Under the pieces are notes generated by a model. That model did not search any database and was not told the DNA's origin. It saw only the letters and a list, made by a program, of their open reading frames with translations. The translations under genes and the position numbers were made by a program. A DNA stretch of 63,830 nt, counting the filler. It is 4 parts of 4 records of this genome, joined end to end, with 100 filler letters (N's around TTAATTAATTAA, not from the genome) between each part and the next. Parts side by side here need not be neighbours in the genome. Positions count along the whole stretch, not along the records: positions 35,329 to 57,600 come from SRR2962707_5032; 3 more parts are not named here. One strand, written 5' to 3'. Below, piece after piece: positions 45,358-55,694 of the stretch; the stretch's first letter is position 1; every line of letters starts with the position of its first letter.

Positions 45358-46349
45358 TTTATAAGTTCTCGAAGTGGGTCTGGATAATCACCACCAGGCT
45401 GCGGGAATTTTTCAAGGGATGCCGTAGCATTGTCCTTATTAACAACCAGCACCGGTGCATTTACTTTAGCCGGTAGCTTCGCCCCTTGAGACGCGGCCAC
45501 ACAGGCTTCAGTTCCCATTGCGCCCACAACATATGGATATTGAGCAACAGTTGCGGCCATGCCGCCGGCTTCCACCGACTTCATCGCATCAACAATTCCA
45601 TCAAGCCCAATTACTTTAATGTCAGTTTTACCAGACGCATCAACAGCACGCTGCGCGCCCAACGCCATAATATCATTTGCAGCAAAGAAACCAGCAATAT
45701 CAGGGTTTGCACGAATAATATCAGTCGCAGCTGTTAGCGCTTTTTCGCGATCCCAGTCAGCGCTAACCATTACGACCTCTTCCAACTTATCTTTAATCGC
45801 AGCCCTAAAGCCTTCAATACGCGCATTGCTGCCAATATCGCCTACGATGCCGGCGATAATCGCGACTTTTGAACCGTCAGGTACAATCCGCAACATTTCT
45901 TCACCCGCAAGGTGGCCAGCCTCGACATTATCGGTGCCGATGTAAGTGGTAACCTCAAAGCCTGCAGCTTTGGCTTGCTCGACATCAATTGAACTATCAA
46001 TATTGATGATGGGCACATTTTTATTAGCAAGCGGAACCAACGCTTGAACTAGGTTGCTGACACTAATCGGATTGACGATATAGCAGCCATAATCCTGCAG
46101 CGCCATAGCTGATAAACGGTCGGCTTGCCCCGTTGCATCGCCCATATTTGTTGCAGCCTGCACAGTAACACTGGCATCTAGTTCCTTCGCGCGCCCTTCA
46201 ATACCTTGACGCATTGTTTGAAAGAACGGGTTATCTAGCCCTTTAATAACTGCGGCTACATTTTTAGCATCAGCTGCCCACGCAGCGCCGCTTGTCAAAA
46301 GCATTGCAACGCTGGCACCAAGCAATATTCCTCCGGTAACTTTTCTCAT
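45354..46349 (-). CDS. Sugar ABC transporter substrate-binding protein (RbsB-like)
   Basis: Signal peptide ending AAWA, LDNPFF, IGTDN, ADWDRE, ANDIMALGA; GGGAGG RBS upstream of ATG 46349. Confidence 0.92.
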   Translation of the reverse strand: MRKVTGGILLGASVAMLLTSGAAWAADAKNVAAVIKGLDNPFFQTMRQGIEGRAKELDASVTVQAATNMGDATGQADRLSAMALQDYGCYIVNPISVSNLVQALVPLANKNVPIINIDSSIDVEQAKAAGFEVTTYIGTDNVEAGHLAGEEMLRIVPDGSKVAIIAGIVGDIGSNARIEGFRAAIKDKLEEVVMVSADWDREKALTAATDIIRANPDIAGFFAANDIMALGAQRAVDASGKTDIKVIGLDGIVDAMKSVEAGGMAATVAQYPYVVGAMGTEACVAASQGAKLPAKVNAPVLVVNKDNATASLEKFPQPGGDYPDPLRELIK

Positions 46350-46470
46350 AATCCTAAATTTCCTCCCAAGGACTAAAATGACAAATATGCTGATCTCGAT
46401 ATAATGACCTAGTGACAATCACATTAGTTATGCCTTACATTCAAGATATAGCATCGCGCAATATAAAAAA

Positions 46471-46514
46471 TTTACGCGCGTTAAAAATCTAAACTCAAAG
46501 AGAATGCGCGTCAA
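46471..46514. promoter_or_regulatory. Candidate LacI-type operator(s) and minus-strand -35 box
   Basis: TTTACGCGCGTTAA (46471-46484) and ATGCGCGTCAA (46504-46514, TTGACG on the minus strand). Confidence 0.55.
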
Positions 46515-46758
46515 CAACTATTTCTTTCCCAGATTAGATGTCGGCGCCCAGTCACTATTTCTGAAAAAACGACAGGGAAAGTTTATTAGATGGAAAATTT
46601 GGGCTGGGAGATATAGTTTAAAATAGCCGATGAAATTTAGTTCGGACTTTAAATATAGCTATTTTTATCATCGCCCAAGCGACGAAAAGTAAAGTATAAA
46701 TGCACGATACTAATTGCAGCGACTAGAGAATAAATGATAATATTGGGTCTAAAAATGC

Positions 46759-47796
46759 ATGGTCTTAAAACAATACAAATCAATGGAAGAACTCGCTAGA
46801 TCTTGCGGCGTTTCTAGGTCAACCGTATCTAAATATTTTGATGACCCAAACGTCGTTAAGAAGGCGACCCGAAGGAAAATTGAAAACACTTTAAGTAAGT
46901 CTGATTTTCAACCAAACCACTTCGCTAGAAATCTAAAGCGGAAGCGGACACGCAACGTAGGAATCTTGGTTCCCACAATGTCCGATCCATTTTACGTGCA
47001 AATGGTGAGCTTGATCGAACTCGAACTCCGCGATGCAGGTTTTTGGCCGGTCCGATTTTCAGCGCATGGTTTATCTGACTTCGAGAGCGACGCCATTCGC
47101 ACGATTATTGCTATGAAAGTCTCTGGAGCGATTGTCGCACCATTGGGAACACATTCAAGCCTAGAGGCATATGAGCGCCTAAGCAGCGAAGTGCCCACCG
47201 TGTGCTTTGACCGTCAAATCAACGATGAGCTAGATTATGTCGGCAATAACAATAACCAAAGCCTTGAAGTTATCGTACAATATCTTTGCAATTCGGGCGA
47301 GCCGCCTCTGTTCTTTGATGTCCCTCGAATCCACGACAACAAAGGCGAACGCCAACGTTGCTATGAAGCAGCAATGCGCAAGCATGGGCATGATCCACTC
47401 ATTGTAAATTGCGAAACAGAGACTTCTTGGGAACTTGAACGACTGGGATATGAGCAGCTTGAAAAGCAACTCGCGCAAAAGTTCGGGTTGCCCAGCAAAA
47501 CAATTTTATGTGCCAGCGATCGCTTTGCCTTTGGGGCAATGTCTGCGGCATTCAACGCAGGCTTAAAAATCGGCAAGTGGCCAGATTGCGATATCCGCAT
47601 CGCCGGACACGATGATCACCCATTGAGCCGCTATACTTGCCCCCCGTTAACCACAATGAAACAGGACGCCGAGGGAATTGCAGCACAAAGTGTCAGCATA
47701 TTATTAGAACGCATGAAGGATAAAGAGGAAAAGAAAATCTCACCAACCAAACACATTATTTTAGAGGCTACTTTAAGCTTACGCGTTTCTGCGTAA
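46759..47796 (+). CDS. LacI family transcriptional regulator (paralog 2)
   Basis: Colinear with 35500-36534; shares PDCDIRIAGHDDHPLSRYTCPPLTTM exactly. Confidence 0.93.
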   Translation: MVLKQYKSMEELARSCGVSRSTVSKYFDDPNVVKKATRRKIENTLSKSDFQPNHFARNLKRKRTRNVGILVPTMSDPFYVQMVSLIELELRDAGFWPVRFSAHGLSDFESDAIRTIIAMKVSGAIVAPLGTHSSLEAYERLSSEVPTVCFDRQINDELDYVGNNNNQSLEVIVQYLCNSGEPPLFFDVPRIHDNKGERQRCYEAAMRKHGHDPLIVNCETETSWELERLGYEQLEKQLAQKFGLPSKTILCASDRFAFGAMSAAFNAGLKIGKWPDCDIRIAGHDDHPLSRYTCPPLTTMKQDAEGIAAQSVSILLERMKDKEEKKISPTKHIILEATLSLRVSA

Positions 47797-47861
47797 CTCG
47801 CATTTAGATTGATGCAAATTTCGCCCACATAGGCAAAATCTGCACTAACTCACCCCCTTCA

Positions 47862-49013
47862 CTACCCATCAAGCAATGTACGCAATTCATCTTCTTGCAG
47901 TTCTTTTGGTTGTTGCACTGAACCGGAGATCGTTTGCGCAACACCAGTTCCACCTGCCACCAAAATTGCTTCCATCACCTCTAAAACATGCAATGCAAGA
48001 TCGCCCGATGCACGCGCCGGCCGTCCGTTTGCGATGCCAGCGGCCAAATCTGCTAGGCCCAACATGCGATAGTTAGCGCGGTCCGGCGAATCAAGCGGCC
48101 AATTCGGCGCACCGCAAAAATGCTTGGCAGTATCTGTTTCTTGCCATGCCGCACCTCGTTCTGAAAAGCCAACAACGCCGCCAAAATTATCAGGATCAGG
48201 TAGTCGCAACGAACCCTCAGTTCCATGCAATTCGATGGGGTAGTTAGAATGACGGAACACATCCCAAGAAGTACCAAAGCTAATATTTGCTCCCGATTTA
48301 AATTCAAGAAGAGACAAGATGCTGGTTGGTGTCCCTACTTTAAAACTAGTATTCTTATTTGGGCCTTCGGCTGTAATAAGTCGCTCATTTTGCCCGGTAC
48401 TGCTTACCGCCTGAACACGGTTTATTGGCCCCAGCAAATTGACCAGCATTGTCAAATAGTATGGCCCCATATCCAAAACAGGACCGCCGCCTGGCTGATA
48501 ATAAAAACTAGGGTTCGGATGAACATGTTCCATACCGCGCCCCATCATAAAGGCCGTACCCGCAACCACGCGCCCTATGGCGCCAGTTTCCATTAAGCGG
48601 CGTGCGTACCTGCCTGCCGCACCAAGAAACGTGTCAGGCGCAGATCCAACTGCAAGGCCGCGCTTAGCAGCCTCGTCAATTATAATGCGACCACTTTGAG
48701 CGCTTGTCGCTAATGGTTTTTCCGTAAAGACATGCTTGCCTTCAGACAACGCCTGCATAGACACGTCAAAATGCGCCGTTGGTATCGTTAAATTGAGCAC
48801 AAGATCGATCTCGCTATCGCGCATCAACGCATCTACGCTCAAAGCCCGCACACCAAATTGCTCCGCGCGATGCTTAGCTGAATCCATGTAAATATCAGCG
48901 CAAGCATTGACTTCTATGCCCGAAAATAGCGGCGCGTTATTCAGATAGGCCAACGAGATGTTTCCACATCCGACAACGCCAATTTTCAACTTTTCATGAT
49001 TTACTTTACTCAT
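47862..49013 (-). CDS. Gfo/Idh/MocA oxidoreductase
   Basis: IGVVGCGNIS, HVFTEKP, APDTFLG, GGGPVLDMGPY. Confidence 0.9.
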   Translation of the reverse strand: MSKVNHEKLKIGVVGCGNISLAYLNNAPLFSGIEVNACADIYMDSAKHRAEQFGVRALSVDALMRDSEIDLVLNLTIPTAHFDVSMQALSEGKHVFTEKPLATSAQSGRIIIDEAAKRGLAVGSAPDTFLGAAGRYARRLMETGAIGRVVAGTAFMMGRGMEHVHPNPSFYYQPGGGPVLDMGPYYLTMLVNLLGPINRVQAVSSTGQNERLITAEGPNKNTSFKVGTPTSILSLLEFKSGANISFGTSWDVFRHSNYPIELHGTEGSLRLPDPDNFGGVVGFSERGAAWQETDTAKHFCGAPNWPLDSPDRANYRMLGLADLAAGIANGRPARASGDLALHVLEVMEAILVAGGTGVAQTISGSVQQPKELQEDELRTLLDG

Positions 49014-49153
49014 AGTTGCTCCAACCTTTGTCAATAATATTATTTAAAAACAAACTCTTACGTTAGTCTTTGCGACAGTTCTGCAGACATAGAACTGAGC
49101 GATTTGCATGAGCGGCGGACGAGGAACCCTAGCTCAGGAGTGGAAATAGCTGC

Positions 49154-49921
49154 CTAGGCATAGCGAATCTCGACATCTAGTTTGTTCAACCGCCGCCGGA
49201 TATAGCTTGGCATTTGACTATCCGTTACCACCATATCTACCCGTGAAAGGGGAAAAGCTTTAGATGTTGCGCCAATGTCCCATTTGCTGGAATCTGCTAC
49301 CAAAATAACACGCCGGGCCATGCGAACAAGATTGCGCTTTGTACGTGCAACATCTTCATTCAGATCAACAATATCAAAGGCAGAATCAATCGCATGTGCG
49401 CTAACGAAAACTTGATGCGCAACAATACCGTTAGCATAGTCAAAGTCAGTCATAACAACACTATCTGTACTAGGATTAACACGGCCGCCAATCATATGAA
49501 CATCCAGCCCAGGTCTGTTCATTAAGTGCTGCGCAATATTCATGGCCGTTGTTGAAACCACCACATTATTAAGTGGCGGCATATACATGGCTAATTGAAG
49601 CAGCGTTGAACCACTATCCAATACAATAGACTGATTATCCGTAATCAATCGTGATGCGACCTGTGCAATGCGGCGTTTGGCATCTGCGTTCAACCGCATA
49701 CGCTCATCAAATTTTGCGGCAGGAGAATCCGAACTGAGAGCCAGAGCGCCACCGTGGATGCGAACCAATTGTTTTTTCTTATCCAAAATTTCCAGATCAG
49801 AGCGGATTGTCACTTCCGATACTCCAAAATCCTCTGACAACTTATTCGTTCTTACCTGTCCGATTCTTTGTAGCTCTTGCATAATCTGATTGCGGCGCTG
49901 CTCAGCTAACATTTCGCTCAT
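49154..49921 (-). CDS. DeoR/GlpR family transcriptional regulator
   Basis: FGVSEVTIRSDL, RIHGGA, LDSGST, VADSSK. Confidence 0.93.
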   Translation of the reverse strand: MSEMLAEQRRNQIMQELQRIGQVRTNKLSEDFGVSEVTIRSDLEILDKKKQLVRIHGGALALSSDSPAAKFDERMRLNADAKRRIAQVASRLITDNQSIVLDSGSTLLQLAMYMPPLNNVVVSTTAMNIAQHLMNRPGLDVHMIGGRVNPSTDSVVMTDFDYANGIVAHQVFVSAHAIDSAFDIVDLNEDVARTKRNLVRMARRVILVADSSKWDIGATSKAFPLSRVDMVVTDSQMPSYIRRRLNKLDVEIRYA

Positions 49922-50143
49922 TGATAAGCTCCATTGGGTTCATAAATCGCTTTAAATCAAAACATCAAAAGTAAAATAACGGACAACGCAACATTTTGGC
50001 GCCTTCGGCAAAGGCAGCAAAAGTCAGCAATAATATTCGCGATATTTAGATGAACTGAAAGATTTCGCAAGGTTTTAATTTATTTATTCCTTCGTTATGA
50101 ATGAACAAAGATAATTTGAACACTAACGAAGGAGTACACAACA

Positions 50144-50944
50144 GTGAGCTTAGGAACCAAAGTCCGTCTAGCGAGATTATTCTCACACCCATCAGGAAAC
50201 ATGTTCGGCGGCGCCGTCGATCACTTCGTCGGCTACGGCAACGTACGCGAAGGCGGCCTATCCAATTTACCAGACGCATTAGATCGCGTAATGGCTGGAA
50301 AGCCTGATTACGTTAGCATTCAGCCCGGTGCTGCGCGTCACCTTTGGCCAAAATATGCAGGCAAAGCGGCACTAGCTATTCAAGCAGGCTGCTTTACCCA
50401 TGACGACCGCATTCGCCAGCTTATCGCAACACCTGAAGATGCTGTGCGCGCAGGCGCTGATGCACTCGCAGTTGCAATTCCAGTTCGCGGCGCAACAGAA
50501 GGCGAATATATTCGCTGGCTTACGGATTCAGTAAATGCAGCGCGTCGCTTTGAGATGCCTGTCGTGGCCCACGTTTACCCACGTATTTTTACAAATGGCC
50601 CAGAGATCGTATTCACACCTGATGAAATCGCTTATGCCGTGCGCATCGGTTATGAAACCGGCGTTGACGTCATTAAAGTAGGATACACGGGCGAATTTGA
50701 CTCATTCAAAGAAACTGTTGAAACTTGCCCTGTACCAATCGTAATCGCTGGCGGCCCAAAAACAAAGGACTTGCATGGCGCTCTTAATCAAACAGCCGAT
50801 GCAATTCGCGCGGGTGCTCGCGGTGCAGTTGTTGGCCGCAACCTTTGGGGACATGGAGATACAACAATGGCAGCTAAAGCGTTTAAAGGCGTAATCCATG
50901 ATGGTCTAACCGCCGACGAAGCTATTAAAGCAGCTAGCGCCTAA
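50144..50944 (+). CDS. Class I aldolase (DhnA/FbaB/LsrF-like)
   Basis: AVDH, AHVYPR, Schiff-base lysine in GVDVIKVGY, IAGGPK, VVGRNLWG; GTG start with AAGGAG RBS. Confidence 0.88.
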   Translation: MSLGTKVRLARLFSHPSGNMFGGAVDHFVGYGNVREGGLSNLPDALDRVMAGKPDYVSIQPGAARHLWPKYAGKAALAIQAGCFTHDDRIRQLIATPEDAVRAGADALAVAIPVRGATEGEYIRWLTDSVNAARRFEMPVVAHVYPRIFTNGPEIVFTPDEIAYAVRIGYETGVDVIKVGYTGEFDSFKETVETCPVPIVIAGGPKTKDLHGALNQTADAIRAGARGAVVGRNLWGHGDTTMAAKAFKGVIHDGLTADEAIKAASA

Positions 50945-50947
50945 TCA

Positions 50948-51877
50948 ATGGCAGAACCTCTGCAGATCCTAGGGTTTGGAGCAATTGCAGTTGATCAACT
51001 CATTTACGTGGATCAACCGCTTTGCTCTGGCAAAGGCAAAGTAACAAAACGCATCACTGCCCATGGCGGAAATGTAGCTACGGCCCTTGTGGCCGCAGCT
51101 TCATTGGGGGCTAAAGTCGGCTTTATTGGCTGGCTTAACGATAAAGCGCAGCATGCATCAGGCTATGCAGAAGACATGCAAAGACTTGGCGTTGATATAT
51201 CGTTAGCGCCCCGGTCCCCGGATGCCAATCCAATAAGTTCCGTCATTACGGTTGGCAGCGATGGCGATCGCTTCATCGCCTACGACGACGAAGTCATGAT
51301 CGGGACTTCTTTAGATCTTCCCGACAGCACACTGATGCAAGCAAAAATCCTGATGATTGATGGGTACGCAATCAGCGCCATACCTGTTCTTCAAAGAGCC
51401 CGCAAACTCGGTGTTGAAATAGCAACGGACATTGAATGGTCGGCTGGAGAACCAACACAAGAACTCATCGAACTCTCCGATCACCTCGTATTGCCGTGTG
51501 GATTTGCATCAAATCACACAGCAAAGAAAACGGCGAGCGATCTACTCAACATTTTATGGTCTGACACACGCAAAAGCCTTGTTCTAACAGACGGTGCTAA
51601 TGGCGCATATGTCCGACACGCGGGCGATACCAATTTTTGGCATGTCCCTGCCCTTACCATCGACGTGATTGACTCGACCGGCGCTGGCGATTGCTTCCAT
51701 GGTGCCTATGCACATGCTTTAACCTTGAAAAAAACACCAATCGAAAGTGTTCAATATGCATCTGTTGCTGCAGCCCTCTCTACTACAGGGCATGGTGGAC
51801 GCGGCGTATTGCCGAAGCATGAAAAGTGCATCTCCATTTTAGCGCGTGACGACGCACCAAAGCCAACATTAATATAG
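50948..51877 (+). CDS. PfkB family carbohydrate kinase
   Basis: HGGNVATALVAAASLG, DSTGAGDCFHGA. Confidence 0.92.
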   Translation: MAEPLQILGFGAIAVDQLIYVDQPLCSGKGKVTKRITAHGGNVATALVAAASLGAKVGFIGWLNDKAQHASGYAEDMQRLGVDISLAPRSPDANPISSVITVGSDGDRFIAYDDEVMIGTSLDLPDSTLMQAKILMIDGYAISAIPVLQRARKLGVEIATDIEWSAGEPTQELIELSDHLVLPCGFASNHTAKKTASDLLNILWSDTRKSLVLTDGANGAYVRHAGDTNFWHVPALTIDVIDSTGAGDCFHGAYAHALTLKKTPIESVQYASVAAALSTTGHGGRGVLPKHEKCISILARDDAPKPTLI

Positions 51878-51983
51878 TAGACATCATTCTTCAAAAAACG
51901 AACAACGCGGGTAATTGTTTTATTGCTGTATTTTCATGCCAAACCGGCATGTAAAACGACGCCAATTCATCAAAGCTCATCAT

Positions 51984-52014
51984 AAAAAAAGCCCCACTTT
52001 AAAAATGGGGCTTT
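51984..52014. terminator. Rho-independent terminator between convergent operons
   Basis: aaaaaaa-gcccca-ctttaaaaa-tggggc-ttt. Confidence 0.7.
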
Positions 52015-52043
52015 CGAATTTCGTAAGGTCATTAAAGACTTGC

Positions 52044-52889
52044 TTAGCCCTTAACTGACCCCGCAGTCATACCTGCAAGGAAGTAACGCTGAGCAATTAG
52101 ATACAGCACAAGCAAAGGCAACGAGCCAAGCACACTCATAGCCATCATCTCATTCCACTCAAACGCATGTTGACCCATCAGCAATTGAATGCCGATTGGC
52201 ACAGTACGCATATCCATAGACTTGGTCAGCGTAAGCGCGAACAAAAACTCATTCCACGCCAACAAGAAGGTGTAAACCGAGGTCGCCACAATACCTGGCA
52301 AAGATACAGGTACGATCACGCGCCATAGCGCCGTCCAGCTCGAACCACCATCGACCAACACCGCTTCGTCCAGCTCCTTTGGCAGGGTGTTAAAATAACC
52401 TGTCATCAGCAAAATTGCATAGGGCAAGGTAAAGACCATATATGTCAAAATAAGTGCGAAATATGTATCGAAAATACGAAACGCAACAACCATTCCAAAA
52501 TACGGGATCAATAGGGTAATTGGCGGGACTGTTTGCGTACTGATGATAAAGATATTCATCGAGTTTTTGAACTTAAATGAGTAGCGGCTAAAAGCGTAAG
52601 AGGTCAAAATAGCAATCAGCAGTGTCAACAACGTCACAACACCCGCAATCAGATAACTATTGATAAAAAAGCGGATTTTCGATGAATCACTAAATATCGA
52701 ATAATAGGCTTTTAGCGTAAACTCTTTTGGAAACAGTTGAGGTGGTAAAGAGAAAATCTCAGTATTCGATTTCAAAGAGCTAAACAGCATCCAAAGAACC
52801 GGAAAACAGGTAAATACAAGCCCTACCGCTAAACCGGCATAGGTCAACCACGTCAAAAGTGCGGAATTATTAGAAGATTTATTTGCCAT
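52044..52889 (-). CDS. Carbohydrate ABC permease (MalG-like, CUT1)
   Basis: EAA loop ELDEAVLVDG, AWNEFLFAL; hydrophobic helices. Confidence 0.93.
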   Translation of the reverse strand: MANKSSNNSALLTWLTYAGLAVGLVFTCFPVLWMLFSSLKSNTEIFSLPPQLFPKEFTLKAYYSIFSDSSKIRFFINSYLIAGVVTLLTLLIAILTSYAFSRYSFKFKNSMNIFIISTQTVPPITLLIPYFGMVVAFRIFDTYFALILTYMVFTLPYAILLMTGYFNTLPKELDEAVLVDGGSSWTALWRVIVPVSLPGIVATSVYTFLLAWNEFLFALTLTKSMDMRTVPIGIQLLMGQHAFEWNEMMAMSVLGSLPLLVLYLIAQRYFLAGMTAGSVKG

Positions 52890-52895
52890 TGATAA

Positions 52896-53834
52896 TTACC
52901 GAGCTTTTTGATGTTTGATGTAGAAGTAGGTCATGCTCATTGAAAGGAGCAGGATGATTATCGCACTCGCTGATGCAAGCGAAAACTGGTAGCGCGAGAA
53001 TGCGAGCTTGTAGGTAAACGTACTCAACATTTCCGTTGAATAAATCGGTCCGCCGCCAGTGGTCATCCAGACCAATGGGAAGACCTGCATCGTCCAAATA
53101 AAGTCCAGTAATGCAATGCTTATAATGATTGGCATAAGCTGCGGAATGGTGATGTACCAAAATTTCTGCGGCTCATTAGCACCGTCTATACCGGCCGCCT
53201 CATACAACTCCTTTGAGATGCCCTGAAGTCCCGCCAAAAGGCTAACCATGTATAGCGGGTATCCAGCCCATATATTGACGAAAGTAAGAGCATGGATAGC
53301 AGTCTTCGTTGAAGAGAACCACTCGACCTTAACATCGATCACTTGGAGCCACATCAAGATGCTGTTAATCACGCCGTTTGGATCAAGCAGCAGGCGCCAC
53401 AACACTGCAATAATAACGGCGGTGAACAGCCATGGCAAAATATAGAGAACCCGCAAGATATTGCGCAGCAAGGGATTAACCCGCTTTGAGTTCAAAAGAA
53501 CCGCAAAAAGCAATCCAATCAACAAATGGAAAACCACACTCATAACCGTAAAATATAGGGTATGACCGACCGACTGCCAAAAGATTGGATCATCGAAAAT
53601 GGTGCGAAAATTATCTAATCCAACGAACACCGGATTCTTATTCATGATAACGCCATCCATAAGAGAATAGCGGATAACCATTATCATCGGAAATAACATC
53701 AATACACAAAACAACAACGCAGCAGGTGCAACATAAAGATACGGAATAACAGCTTTCCGTTTTTTATAAGAAGGTAGCCATTTTGACAGCTCACCAACTT
53801 GGTCGCTCATGACATAAGTTGCTTTTTTATTCAT
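52896..53834 (-). CDS. Carbohydrate ABC permease (MalF-like, CUT1)
   Basis: FVGLDNF, ELYEAAGIDGA, TGGGP; start 53834 or 53810. Confidence 0.92.
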   Translation of the reverse strand: MNKKATYVMSDQVGELSKWLPSYKKRKAVIPYLYVAPAALLFCVLMLFPMIMVIRYSLMDGVIMNKNPVFVGLDNFRTIFDDPIFWQSVGHTLYFTVMSVVFHLLIGLLFAVLLNSKRVNPLLRNILRVLYILPWLFTAVIIAVLWRLLLDPNGVINSILMWLQVIDVKVEWFSSTKTAIHALTFVNIWAGYPLYMVSLLAGLQGISKELYEAAGIDGANEPQKFWYITIPQLMPIIISIALLDFIWTMQVFPLVWMTTGGGPIYSTEMLSTFTYKLAFSRYQFSLASASAIIILLLSMSMTYFYIKHQKAR

Positions 53835-53941
53835 TGAAGTGCTTTCCATCGGCCGGCAATTTTGCCCTAAAAAATTCGGTTCGAAATTCACAACGCGGCA
53901 TGACTACCTGCCGCGTTGTGCTTATCTGGCAAACTGGAGTT

Positions 53942-55192
53942 TTATTTAAATTCTGCCAACCATTTTTTCTCAGTCGCATCGGCGGCTTCTTGAGCAGACT
54001 GCTGGCCTTCAAACATTTTTTGAATTTCAACATTCATCTGACGCATCAACTCTTCCGCCACTGGAAGTCCAACAAATTCATTTGCAAGATATCCGCTTTT
54101 GAAGATCTTGAATGCTTCTGCAAATAGTGGGTCAGATTTTGTAAAGTCTGGCGCTGCATTCACGTTACCAGGGAACGCGTTGGCAATTGATACCAATTTA
54201 CCGTTCACTTCAGGGCTCATTAAGTAAGAAACAAGTTTCCATGCTTCTTCTTTGTGCTCACTCGCGTCGCTAATGCCAATGCCCCAAGATGCATATGGCA
54301 AGCCACGAGCGCCCTCATAACCATCAACAGCTGGAAATGCGGAAATACCAAAATTTAGGTCTGGATTTCGTTCGCGAATTAGATTGATGTGCGCCAAGGA
54401 GTCGACCATCATGCCAACGCGGCCGTTGACGAACTCTTCCACTTTATCCTGCTCTTTTTTAGCGAAAATGCCGGGTGCAATTGAACCGTCGTCTTTCATG
54501 CCATTGATAAACTCAAGAGCGCTAACAACGTCTTCATTGGCAACATCAGGCACACCATCTTTCATCATGGATTTACCTGAAGCCCAAACCCAAGACATAA
54601 CATCGTTTTGAACACCGCTTGGATTTTGCAATGAAAGAGGCAATACCCAACCATATTCATTCTTATCAGCATTCGTCATCTTTTTCGCAGCCGCTCTGAA
54701 TTCGCTGCGCGTTGTTGGCATTTCGTCAACACCAGCAGCTTTTGCGAGGTCAAGATTTACGAATACAGGATAAACAAAAGATGCAAGCGGGAACATAACG
54801 CTTTTGCCTTCAACCTTCACAATATCTGCAAGCTGGCTTTGATCATAGTTTGCCGCTTCCATTAAAGTCGCCATATCTGTAATCGCGCCCTGCTTGGTCA
54901 ATCCATTGACCCATGCCCCGTCGAGGCCAACAACATCGCTAAGCGTGCCAGAGGCAGCACCAACCACGATTTGGTCACGAGTACTAGCGTAAGGGCCACT
55001 TACCAAAGTCACAGTGATACCAGGATTTGCTGCCTCGAAGTCGTCCATGATGCCGCGCAACGCGTTTGCAGGCATTTCTGGTTCCCACCACTGAATGAAC
55101 TCAATGTTTGTGTCCGCGAAAGACGCAGTAGAACTCATTAGACAAGCCAATGCGGCAGTCTGCATCAGTGTGATCGTTTTCTTAAATTTCAT
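53942..55192 (-). CDS. Carbohydrate ABC substrate-binding protein (family 1)
   Basis: Signal peptide ending ASFA, FEAANPGITV, EEAWKLVSYL; GGAGGA RBS. Confidence 0.93.
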   Translation of the reverse strand: MKFKKTITLMQTAALACLMSSTASFADTNIEFIQWWEPEMPANALRGIMDDFEAANPGITVTLVSGPYASTRDQIVVGAASGTLSDVVGLDGAWVNGLTKQGAITDMATLMEAANYDQSQLADIVKVEGKSVMFPLASFVYPVFVNLDLAKAAGVDEMPTTRSEFRAAAKKMTNADKNEYGWVLPLSLQNPSGVQNDVMSWVWASGKSMMKDGVPDVANEDVVSALEFINGMKDDGSIAPGIFAKKEQDKVEEFVNGRVGMMVDSLAHINLIRERNPDLNFGISAFPAVDGYEGARGLPYASWGIGISDASEHKEEAWKLVSYLMSPEVNGKLVSIANAFPGNVNAAPDFTKSDPLFAEAFKIFKSGYLANEFVGLPVAEELMRQMNVEIQKMFEGQQSAQEAADATEKKWLAEFK

Positions 55193-55419
55193 TTTTATCT
55201 CCTCCCAAGAGAATGTTAGTTAACTCCGATTAGCGAAGCTCGCTGGCGGAATTAGGTGCTTAATGACACACAGTGTCAACAAACTAATTCGACCTCAAAC
55301 GGCCCCCTACCACTAAACTTCAACCACAAAACAACATAAGATATTGTTTTTATTATTAAATTACATAAGCACAAATTAAACTTAGAGTGAAATTTAATTT
55401 TACACAGGGTACTTTATTT

Positions 55420-55449
55420 TTTTACTTTCGCAAATAAGCGAAAGTAAAA
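55420..55449. promoter_or_regulatory. Perfect inverted repeat, candidate operator
   Basis: TTTTACTTTCGC-aaataa-GCGAAAGTAAAA. Confidence 0.5.
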
Positions 55450-55645
55450 GAAACGCTTTCCGCCGTTGAAGCGAACAAATAGGCGGATCACTGGCGTCTA
55501 ATTTTTGGAAAGGCAAATACCGAAGCTGCGGGGTCAGCAATCCCTCCACCAAGCTGAAAACTGAAGTGCGGCGCAAACACATATCTTCTAGCCAACAACA
55601 ATAGCTGGAGGTTACCCGTTTCCAGATCGTACATACTTGCTGGAC

Positions 55646-55673
55646 AAAAAAAACAGGCCTCAAATGAGGCCTG
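55646..55673 (-). terminator. Rho-independent terminator after the ABC ATPase gene
   Basis: caggcctca-aa-tgaggcctg with an 8-nt U tract on the minus strand. Confidence 0.8.
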
Positions 55674-55694
55674 CTTCAATTTAGTTTAAAACAA

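Noticed and set aside
49154-51877. Canonical sulfo-EMP (yih) cluster
   Set aside because: Aldolase type differs and isomerase, sulfoquinovosidase and reductase genes are not seen; kept only as a hypothesis
55400-55679. Short ORFs in the ABC spacer
   Set aside because: They overlap a terminator and an inverted repeat, with no RBS or recognisable motif
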